This document shows, one piece after another, positions 18,993 to 28,697 of a stretch of 28,697 nucleotides of DNA (positions within the stretch are counted from its first letter, which is position 1; each line of letters opens with the position of its first letter). A program made the position numbers and the translations under genes. The DNA is from Octopus sinensis. Lineage: Eukaryota. The notes under the pieces were generated by a model. The model saw only the letters and a list, made by a program, of their open reading frames with translations. It did not search any database and was not told where the DNA came from. The stretch spans positions 1-28,697 of the forward strand of contig NW_021827496.1 in the NCBI RefSeq assembly GCF_006345805.1, written 5' to 3'.

Positions 18993-20805
18993 ATGCCTGG
19001 CCCAAACGGCCAAACTGATAAGGTTGGAAAAAGCGCGGGAGGACATTGTCATCCTTTCACGAGATGTCGTCAGAAACACGCACAAAAAACTCATAAATTA
19101 TAAATATGTTTCCATACACACAAGGAGCCAGGAGTCGGCTTGTCAGGGAGATGTGGAAGGTGTGCTGAAAGCGATAATGCCCAACATTCAGCATATCTCG
19201 AGAGCCAGGCAGTTTGCTGGTATTTCAGTGCAATGGCCTCCAAGCACTCCGTGGTTCCCTGTCGGAGAGACAAGTATGTGTTCCATCCATAGCATTTAGG
19301 AAGCAGGACGGCGAGAATATAGATCTCAGGAATTCCACCTGAGGTAAATTAATGGTTGGTTTTAGCGTGTATCGTTTTGGAAGTGAATAACAAACCCCTG
19401 GAGGTGAAGCGGAGAGGAGATAGGAGAAGGGGGTATAAAAGCCTCAGACACCTGCTCATCCATTTCCAATTGGCTGACAGGTACCAACTTGACTTTCTGA
19501 AAGTGTTAAAATGGACAAGAGCAAACAGCATCGGGTCTTCCAGATCTTATCTAGATAGAGTAATTTATAGGCCCGTAAGCAAAAGTATCATAAGTTATCC
19601 ACAATTCAAACTCGTTAGCTACACAGACCACAAATTTGTGTTCTATACGTTCGATCTAGATAGAATCCATCTCAGGGCCCCAAATACTGAAAGCTGAATG
19701 CGTCCTTTCCGGCACGTCAAGCTTTCAGAGACCGAGTTAGTAAGTTCGTCTCTCGGAGGATGCCGGGTGCAGTCATTAACAACCGATAGTAGATAGCGCT
19801 GAAAAGGACTATTAGAGTAGGGGCTTTAAGGCTTAGTAAAGAAATAGCGTTAGAGGAATCTAGAATAAAGGGTGACTTAGAAAACTAGAAGAGGTGCTTT
19901 GAGGCGGCATAGCGACCGACGTGGTGGTGGCGTGATCGGCTCTTGTTCAATTCTTCAATGCCAAGTACGAAGTCTGCGTTGTCAAAGCTAGGGGGCTAAG
20001 ACATGAGGGATTGAAAGTCGTTCGATGGACCCGGGTGAGGAGGCTCATCGTGTAAAACAAAGATGCAATTTGGTCCTTGAAGGGTCGGGGCGGGCTATTG
20101 TTATTTCAATCCAAACAGATGTATGCGCAATTTCAGTGGTACTTTGCCAAACTGTGCGGAGAGCACGGGGATGGGGGTGATTTTACCTCCTACGTCGAAT
20201 GTATATAGAGCCTTTAGGTCAGAGATGCCGATAATAGTCAAAGTGTCGATAATAGTCGAAGACATACTAGACGCGATGACTGGCTGCACAAAGAAGTCTC
20301 CGGGGCTGGATGGTCTGCCCTTCGAGCTTTATCTTCATATAACAGACTTGCTCGGGGATCTTTTGACGTATGTCTACGACAAATGGCAGCGGAACAGGAG
20401 AATTCCCAGTGATGGGAGCCGTGGAGAAGTGGTGCCGCTGAGAAAGGACATGATTGAGGGGGGCCCAATAATTTGAGGCCCATAACTGTGTTGAACACAG
20501 ATTTTGGTCAAAGTGTTAGTGAAGAGATTGGTTCTTGTCACCGAGAAACTGGTCGGTGACTCGCAGACATGCACTATCCAAACAGATCCATCCACAACAA
20601 TCTCCACTGCACGCGCTGCATCATAGGGAGGGTAGGTAAAGAACTTGGCATGGATGGGGCCCTGATCAATTTCGACCGATCGAAAAAGGGTCAACCACTT
20701 GGAGGCTGTCCTAACAGCGATCGGTTTGCATCCCGTTTTCAGAGCCTGGATTGCTGCAATGTACAGCGGCATCTATTCGGTGGTTAAAAGTAGATGGACA
20801 CCTAT
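18993..20805 (+). mobile_element. Decayed L1/Tx1-clade LINE ORF2 (APE endonuclease + RT N-terminus), 3'-truncated
   Basis: WTRANSIGSSRSYLDRV and SYTDHKFV (APE C-terminal motifs, ~19510-19640); GPKY*KLNAS; KKSPGLDGLPFELY (~20290-20335); RPITVLN; RSIHNNLH; GALINFD; FRAWIAAMYSG. Many frameshifts and stops; ends before the QG/YADD motifs. Confidence 0.88.
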
Positions 20806-21274
20806 CAGCATCGATTACAGTTTTGTAATTAGATCGACAACTTTAGTATCAAACGGATTGAATAGCAAAATTGAAACCTAGATAGATGATAAATAATGAA
20901 TGAGCCAAGGCAATAAACGAATAAACTGTTGTAAAACAAGATGCACTATAGTAAATTATGATGCGATTACACAAAAGACAAGTAATGGCACGATGCACTT
21001 TGTTCCTGTTACTGAATTGGCCAATGAGAAAGGGAAAAGATATGTAAGATATCAAAAAGAAAAGAAAAAAGATAACTTTTGCAAAACTGTGTCTGAAACG
21101 ATATAGATAAAACCGCTAACAAATTAATGAATGGAAAATCGATAGATAAGGCCATATTAAAACTACGTGAGAAATCGCCTAATGAAAATAGCCATAAAAT
21201 CAGCTTGAATGCCGAACGAAGGAAGTTCTCACTTGAAGATCGCATTTGCGTGAAACTCGAGTAGCAAGAAGAGT

Positions 21275-21280
21275 CTATCC

Positions 21281-21318
<38 letters not shown>

Positions 21319-21397
21319 ATCTATCTATCTATCTATATCTATCTATCTATCTACCTATCTATCTATCTATCTACCTATCTATCTATCTATCTATCTA

Positions 21398-21467
<70 letters not shown>

Positions 21468-21468
21468 C

Positions 21469-21508
<40 letters not shown>

Positions 21509-21530
21509 CTATCTATCTATCTATCTATCT
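21275..21530 (+). repeat. (TCTA)n/(TCTG)n microsatellite
   Basis: Direct reading. Confidence 0.97.
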
Positions 21531-21731
21531 GTGGATGTATACATGTACGCCCCTCCACACATACACACACATCTTGAGCGAAATGCATTGTGTGAACCTC
21601 CCTGTAGTTGTGATATCTATTGACATTTCACAAATAAATAAAATCTAAAACATATTCACTTTCGTCGTTTGCAATTCTAATCGGAAATTTTTCCTCACAC
21701 AGACACACACAAACACACACATATTACACAG

Positions 21732-21768
<37 letters not shown>

Positions 21769-22299
21769 CGTACACACATACAGACGTAGTCAGGTATACA
21801 GAAACAAACACACATACATACATACACACAGGCATACATATACATAGGTGTATATGTATGTATGTGTGCATACATACTCACACACACACACACGCACACG
21901 AACACAAATGCGTATGTATTGTGTCACATGAATGCTTATGAATATTTGTATGTAAATATGTGTGTATTAACTGTATGTGCGTTTTTGGTTGCTCGAATAT
22001 ATATGCATATATATACATATATATATTCATTTTTTCTTGTATATCTTATCTCCAATCTTTCTCCCCCTCCACCCTCCCTCTCTCTTTCTCATGTCTTTTG
22101 TCTTTATTCTTTTTGTTTTTTTTTTTGTCTATCCTGATATTTCAATCACTGAATATACCAACAACGTCGTAAACACCATTCAGTTCGATATTAACAGATC
22201 AATAATTTATTTCAAACAAATGTCGTTGAAGAAATACATTTATTTATTTATGTATTTATTCATTTTCCCCCCGTCTTTTAAAATGTTAGACCTTCACAT

Positions 22300-22382
<83 letters not shown>

Positions 22383-22881
22383 GTATCTCAATCTCTCACC
22401 CTCTCCATTCTTTTCCATTTGACTCAAAAACGTTGTATCGCTCTCCTCCAGTTCAGAACTCTTTCGTCATTAGATGCAATACTGTAAATGTATTACAAAT
22501 ATGATTACAAGTTCTATCATCTTCTACAGCTTGTCAGGTTGAAAGGCAAACAATAACAAAACAATTATCTATCGGCTTTTAAAAGAGCATGATTTTAGAG
22601 GTCGACAACGTCTGACAACTACTACTATCTGTTTGACATGAATTATCACAGATTATACATTCTATGATCACATGTACAACCAGTTGGTTTTAAGGTGTTA
22701 AGTAGAAATAGATTACTTTTCATGCCGTATTATTTATTTATGCGCTCATGTACTGTGTACTTTAGAAATTGCCAGGCTGAGTATATATGATTAATTTTTA
22801 TTCTTAACACCAAACAGGGTGGTTAATGAAACAGAACTGGTGGTGAAATGGACAAAATCCATTACAATAGCTAGTTATATG

Positions 22882-23245
22882 AAGGCGGTGAGCTTACAGA
22901 AACGTTCGCACGCCGGGTGAAATGCTTAGCGGTGTTTTCGTCTGTCTTTACGTTCTGAGTTCAAATTCCACCGAGGTCGACTTTGCCTTTCATCCTTTCG
23001 GGGTCGATTAAATAAGTACCAGTTACGCACTGGGGTCGATGTAATCGGCTTAATCCGTTTGTCTGTCCTTGTGTGTCCTCTCTGTGTTTAGCCCCTTGTG
23101 GGTAGTAAAGAAATAGGTGTTTCATCTGTCTTTACGTTCTGAGTTCAAATTCTGTCGAGGTCGACTTTGCCTTTCATCCTTTCGGGGTCGATTAAATAAA
23201 TACCAGTTACGCATTGGGGTCGATATCATCGACTTAATCCATTTT
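22882..23245 (+). mobile_element. SINE family A dimer
   Basis: Headed unit 22882-23116 joined by AAAGAAATAG|GTGTTTC to a second, 3'-truncated unit. Confidence 0.9.
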
Positions 23246-23387
23246 TTCGTTATTTTTCATTTGTCCTGCCCGCTTACATTCTTGGCGTGTTGAATTAATG
23301 CTTGAGAACAATTCTTTAGTGGTGGATTCCCCTTGCGGATCTATTTCTAGCGTTAAAGTGACCACATGTGGTCCCTCTCTTATTGCT

Positions 23388-23394
<7 letters not shown>

Positions 23395-23420
<26 letters not shown>

Positions 23421-23610
23421 CTGTGTATGTGTGTGTGCATATATATGTTTGTGTGTCTGTGTTTGTTCCCCTACCATAGCTTGACAACCGATGCTGGTGT
23501 GTTTACGTCCACATAACGTAGCGTTTCTGCTTACAAAGAATAAGTCCTGGAGTCGATTTGTTCGACTAAAGGCATTACCGCAGTGAAATGATTGAAGCAA
23601 ATAAAAGAAT
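23395..23610 (+). mobile_element. SINE family B 3' half, internally deleted
   Basis: TA/TG repeat, then GCTTGACAACCGATGCTGGTGTGTTTACGTCC...CTTACAAAGAATAAGTCCTGGAGTCGATTTGTTCGACTAAAGGC. Confidence 0.8.
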
Positions 23611-25142
23611 AGACGTATACTCAAAATGCGGCGAGCGAGGTAGCCAGTCTCACTCAGGAATCTCATGAAACAAAGCTATCTGTTAAAAGCTGGGGTAGAT
23701 CTAGTAAACATCTACATTAATTTGGTAGTGTGTTACCAGCTGGCTGCCATGCTATTCTGGTTAGATGAAAATGTCTACGCTATCGCATTTTTGTAGAAGA
23801 GATAAGGTGTCTTCGTCAGGGCGTTCACTTTTCCAGTTTACAACTAATGCACAAAGTGGTATCATGGAATGGTGACTGATGATGCGAAAGCATACACGGC
23901 GGCTTCAACATCACCAGTGATTCTGAAATAAGTAGGTGTGGTAGTCGGTATAAAGCAGATTTTTCATAGCCTGCTTTTCTAAATTATAAACAGATTAGCT
24001 ATTTTTACCCGTGATTCGCTCGGGTTTTGGTGCTGGTGTTGTCTTCTTTTCCCTTTCTTCTTTTGTTCCTCTTCTTTACCTGCTTCTTTTTCTTTTTCTT
24101 ATTTAAAAAAATTTTCTTCGTCTTTACCTTCTTTCTCTTCTTCCACTCTTTCTTTTCTCCTTCTCATCATCTCGCATAGCTGACCCCCCCCTCTTTCCCA
24201 AATCCCCCAAATGTTTACACCCACAATTAAAGATAACCGCCTCTATCCCCCTGCAGCAACACGAAAAGCCACCATTATTCAAACAGCGCAACCTGTCTAT
24301 CCCATAAAACTTAATTTTCCAATATTCCTCACCATGGCAACCAAACGGTAGCCCCGAGTGACTTGCAACGCCTATCACACCATTGCCCACCCCATTTTAC
24401 CCCCAGTGTAAATTTTGGCGCCAATCCAACTCCATCTACCGCCCCTTAAACCGTTTCCATCCCAAAATGAGATAAATAACCATGAAATCAAACAACTTTT
24501 TCGCATTTCCGCTTTGTAGATTGATTTAGATCGCGGGGAAGGGGAGATGATGGGCGTTTGCAATTTAGGGCACTGGTTGAGTAAAGGATTCAATAGAAAT
24601 GATTGCATTCAGTAAAGAATTCGAGAGATGATGATATGGGTACAATGGGGAAAAGTTGAGAATGTGTTTAACATCCTTTCCCGAAAAAACTTAGAACGGA
24701 GATTATACATTTGATCGCAAGATCATTCACTTGCTAATAATACAAGGATAAAAGAGCAATATTAGTTTGGCAAAACATTTCTAGAATATGAGAAAAAATA
24801 TTCATTCTCAGTTCAACCGTTTTAGTGAAGACAGGTCATTGATCTGCCGCGTTATGTCGAACAGCTGTTACTACGCGAAAGATCAATCTATCTATAAACC
24901 CGGATCATTGTGAAGATTTCCTCAGATTCTTTCATTGCGAAGAAAAGATAGATATTGTTATATCTGGGGATGGTGATCTCTTGCCAATTAAACACACGGA
25001 CAATTTATTTGATTTTCACTTTAGATTTATCACTATCTTTCGTTTTTGGATTTGGTTTGCAAGATTCTTTACATGAGTTCGTGTGTTGAAGCATATTCTC
25101 TCGTGTCTGGGGAGAATCATTTTCTCTTGTGCCCTATAATAT

Positions 25143-25289
25143 AACACACTCACCGGTAAAATTTCCACTTTTTTCTTATTTTTATTTTCCTAAAAGAGTC
25201 AAAACTATTGAAAAGGTTGCAAGACACAATGAAAAAGTTTAGGAAAATAAAAATAAGAAAAAAGTGGAAATTTTACCGGTGAGTGTGTT
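25143..25289. repeat. Perfect 52-bp inverted repeat with 43-nt spacer
   Basis: 25143-25194 is the exact reverse complement of 25238-25289 (checked base by base). Confidence 0.95.
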
Positions 25290-26045
25290 TTATCACCATC
25301 ATTATTAGTTTATTTGCCAGAGTTCTTTCGTCACACATTATGTGACCCCAGCAGCCATTTTTGTCCCAACGTGTCTTCTTTTGTCCGTTTATCTAAAAGA
25401 TGGACAGGATGGCGATAAGAAAATGCTAGTGTTGTGGACAAGCTTAACAGGGCTGCTGGCAGAGTTTATCCCTGTAGCAAGACTAAAACACGAAGTGATA
25501 TAATCATGTGGATATATTTTCTTGATAAATCAACTGAATAGTTACTCATAGGTAATTGCTGTAGGGCTCAAAGTCTTGTATCATTATGTATGGATTTGTA
25601 CCTGTCGTACCTTTGTCTTCATTTAATTAGCAGCCTTCAGCTTAATTAATCTCGACGTGTTGCAAGCGGAGATTGATGAACCGTAAAGATATCGAAATCG
25701 ATCGGTTTGACCCTCTAACTCAAATGGGGCCTTATTTAGCCTGCGTGGGTTTTACTTGAATTCGTATATGTGAGGCTGCGTTTAAATGTGTGTGTGAGAG
25801 AGAGAGAGAGAGGGCGGGAGGGAGAGAAAGAGAGAGAGAGAGAGAAATCACGCGTATATATGTGTATGCATATATTTCTGTATGCACGATATACTTTAAA
25901 TTTTATTTGATTATACATTCATACATACATGCATACATACATAGATACAGACATAGGTACAATCTAAAATATTTTGGTTCGTTCACTTGCGTATTTGAAA
26001 ATGTTTTTTTATCAATTTACCCCTGTGACAAATATTTGTGATTAA

Positions 26046-26091
<46 letters not shown>

Positions 26092-26604
26092 GAGTGGCAG
26101 AGCAGTGCATGTCATTAAAGTGACACTGGGGTAAAATATACGGAGCTCAGTATACCCATCATGACTACTCGTCATGTGCGCGACATGGTGATTTTATATC
26201 AAGATTAACAGCTCATGCCCTTGCAGGTGGAGCCCAGTTAGAATTTTCGAGTAGCCCATCCCGCTCAAAAGGTGCCTAAATAAGGATTGTTTAAGGATGT
26301 TGAACGAAACACCCATGTTTCTAGAGGTGAATTATTCAAACTCCAAAAGAATCCCTCTCAACACATGGCTATGATCCTCTCCCACTACTTCTGCTCGTGA
26401 TCAGAGATGCACATATCGTCAGACACTAAGGGACATGCTCAACTGGTTATGGTCAAACAACTGACAAGCAAGTCTGTGGTATTGAGCAGAATATTTGCTG
26501 TAGTCAATCTTTTATCCCTAGACAAAACAATGTACATGATAACACTTCCAATCAGTTCAGATCAGAAGCCATGAGAGCCACTGTCTGGTATTGCATCAAG
26601 GCAT
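26092..26604 (+). mobile_element. Repeat family E copy flanked on both sides by (TAT)n
   Basis: Homologous to the minus-strand copy at 2494-3013; (TAT)n at 26048-26091 and 26605-26700. Confidence 0.8.
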
Positions 26605-26666
26605 TTATTATTATTATTATTATTATATTATTATTATTATTATTATTATTACTATTATTATTACTA

Positions 26667-26697
<31 letters not shown>

Positions 26698-27130
26698 ATT
26701 TATTGATTTGTTTGTTTATTTATTTATTTATGTATTTTTATGCTGAATATTTTTGTTTTACTTCGTCTTAAAAGCAAAATTGTTAAAGTTAATGCCACTA
26801 ACAGACAGGCGTGATGGGTATGGTAGGCAGATTTGTTGACGGTAGTGGTGCTAGTTGTTGTGACGGCGTGTTGTAGTGGTATTAATTCAGAAGGAGGGAT
26901 TAACGTGTAAGAGGGTAGCAGAGGAGTTGGTGGTGGATGGTTCCGGTCGAAATCCATTTAAAATTATTGCTGATATATAAACAAAAGTATTATTGAAGCT
27001 GAAAAAACAATCTAACAACGAAATATTGCAATAAAGTATGTTAAATGTATGAAATAGTTTTGTGTCTGGCGAAACGTTTCCTTCTTTCTTTTGAAACGTA
27101 ACTCAGCAATTGTAGCAGCAGCAACATCAA

Positions 27131-27495
27131 GTGGAGGCGCAATGGCCAGTGGTTAGGGCAATGGAATCGCGGTCGGAGAACGCAGTTTCGATTCCCCGAC
27201 CGGGCGTTGTGTGTGTTTATTGAGCAAAAACACCTAAAGTTCCACGAAGCTCCTGCAGGGGGTGGTGGCGATCCCTGTTGCATTCTTTCGCTCCAACTTT
27301 CTCTCACTCTTTCTTCCTGTTTCTTGTCCCCGACTTCCTACGCAACCGCTGAGCTTGGATGCGCATTCATCCATCCGTCGATGCTCTCGGTGTCGGGGGT
27401 TGACCTGCTTTCTCTTCTGCGGGTCTTACGAATAGCAAAGGACCAAATTCGGACTTCTCCCACTGCGAGCTCTGGGACGTAGACCGCTTCACTCA
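27131..27495 (+). mobile_element. SINE family D (tRNA-like head GTGGAGGCGCAATGGCC), followed by (CAG)n
   Basis: A-box TGGCCAGTGG, B-box-like GTTTCGATTCC, body AAAACACCTAAAG..CCACG shared with two neighbouring copies. Confidence 0.8.
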
Positions 27496-27524
27496 ACAGC
27501 AACAGCAGCAGCACCAGCAGCAGG

Positions 27525-28000
27525 GTGAAAGCGCAATGGCCCAGTGGTTAGGGCAGCGGAATCGCGGTCGTAAGAATGCGGTTTCGATTTCCAGACTGGA
27601 CATTGTGAGTGCTTATTGAGCAAAAACACCTAAGCTCCACGAAGCTCCGGCGGGGGTGGGTGGCGAACCCCCCTGTACTTTTTCACCATGACTTTCTCTC
27701 ACTCTTTCTTCCTACTTCTGTCACAATGCAGAGGAGCCATGGTGTAACCCACTATGGTTTGGTAAACTTTCAGACCCTAGTCTAGATTCGAATCTTCTTT
27801 TCCAACCCATGATGGTTCAGCTCTCCACCCGTTAAAAGCCACCGTTTACGGAATGAGGATAACAACGTAGCTTTCGCGCCCTTGCAACCGCCTGTCTATC
27901 GCGTGTGGTAGGTGGATCTTCAAGTTGCCATACGCGTTCTTAGTAGCATAGAGTAGGCTTGAATTAGAGATTATTCTTTGTGGCTAATGGCGTGAGTCCT
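27525..28000 (+). mobile_element. SINE family D-headed element
   Basis: Head and first ~190 bp colinear with 27131-27320; the 3' part differs and its extent is uncertain. Confidence 0.65.
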
Positions 28001-28005
28001 AAGTG

Positions 28006-28086
28006 GAAGAAGAAGAAGAAGAAGAAGAAGAAGAAGAAGAAGAAGAAGAAGAAGAAGAAGAAGAAGAAGAAGAAGAAGAAGAAGAA
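28006..28086 (+). repeat. Perfect (GAA)27 followed by (GCA)n
   Basis: Direct reading. Confidence 0.97.
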
Positions 28087-28114
28087 GGAGAAGCAGCAGC
28101 AGCAGCAGCAGAAA

Positions 28115-28500
28115 TAATAGTGGTACAGTAATCCCTCGGCTATCGCGGGTGTTACGTTCCAACTCCCCACACGCGATAGGTGAAGGTCCGTGAAGTAGAA
28201 ACAGTGTTGTTGTTTGTTCCTTCTCGATCCATGCCTGGCTCATAAGGGCCGGTTTCCCAGTTTCATTGGCGTACAGGTTCCCCACGTCCGACGGGACTCC
28301 GGTCCGTCGCAGGTGAGATGCTAGATACAGGAGGAAAGAGTGAGAGAAAGTTGTGGTGAAAGAGTTAGCAAAAGTTCGCCATTAATTCCTGCCGGACCCG
28401 CGTGGAGCTTAGGTGTTTCGCTCATAAACACATACTTCGCTCGGTCTGAGATTCGAACCCGCGGTCCCTTTGCTCTAACCATTAGGCCATGTGCCTCCAC
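28115..28500 (-). mobile_element. SINE family D copy
   Basis: Minus-strand head GTGGAGGCACATGGCCTAATGGTTAGAGC...GGTTCGAATCTC, body GAAACACCTAAGCTCCACG. Confidence 0.8.
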
Positions 28501-28697
28501 AGAAACAGTACTATACTGTATATTTTTGTGTTATAATTTTTATAACTTGCATATATTTATTTTATCGTAAATACAAAACAACACCACAGAGGAATCGACG
28601 TGAACTTAAATAATAAACCGTGGTAAGTGAATCGCAATATGGCGAGGGACTACTGTAGTAGAAACAGCTGGAGTGGTGGTACTACTATCAGTATTAT

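Noticed and set aside
23737-23922. 186-bp minus-strand AG...GT segment that looks like an exon
   Set aside because: All three minus-strand frames contain stops.
24005-24030. ACCCGTGATTCGCTCGGGT hairpin reminiscent of a Helitron-type terminus
   Set aside because: Single short motif, no second copy or matching other end found in the window.
27131-27205. SINE heads (also 8764, 12118, 18576, 28430-28500) as tRNA genes
   Set aside because: They have A/B boxes but no intact cloverleaf or terminator, and they run into repeat bodies.
1118-28285. Dozens of ORFs made of HTYI/MYVC/LSIY/poly-Y, -L, -F, -N repeats
   Set aside because: They are translations of stop-free microsatellite frames, with no coding evidence.

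Overview
AT-rich, microsatellite-dense eukaryotic (animal) genomic DNA. The repeat families look like those I associate with octopod cephalopods; this is inference and was not verified. Nearly all ORFs in the supplied track are microsatellite or SINE artefacts. Well-supported content: two tRNA-Ala(AGC) genes, at least four tRNA-headed SINE families (labelled A-D here) plus a ~500-bp (ATT)n-tailed repeat (E), decayed RTE-like and L1/Tx1-like LINE remnants, and a motif-dense Pol II promoter at ~7.4-7.6 kb. The promoter is followed by a phase-consistent chain of candidate exons encoding an unrecognised ~128-aa protein. The most notable items are: (1) at the window centre, an intact-frame C-terminal restriction-enzyme-like (REL) endonuclease fragment of an R4/Dong-type retrotransposon sitting inside a (TACA)n microsatellite, a candidate TACA-targeting element; (2) a three-level nest in which a tRNA gene with its own flanks lies inside a SINE that lies, with an 11-bp TSD, inside another SINE; (3) SINE A multimers sharing a fixed AG|GT junction at three loci; (4) a minimal hammerhead-like motif and a perfect 52-bp inverted repeat.
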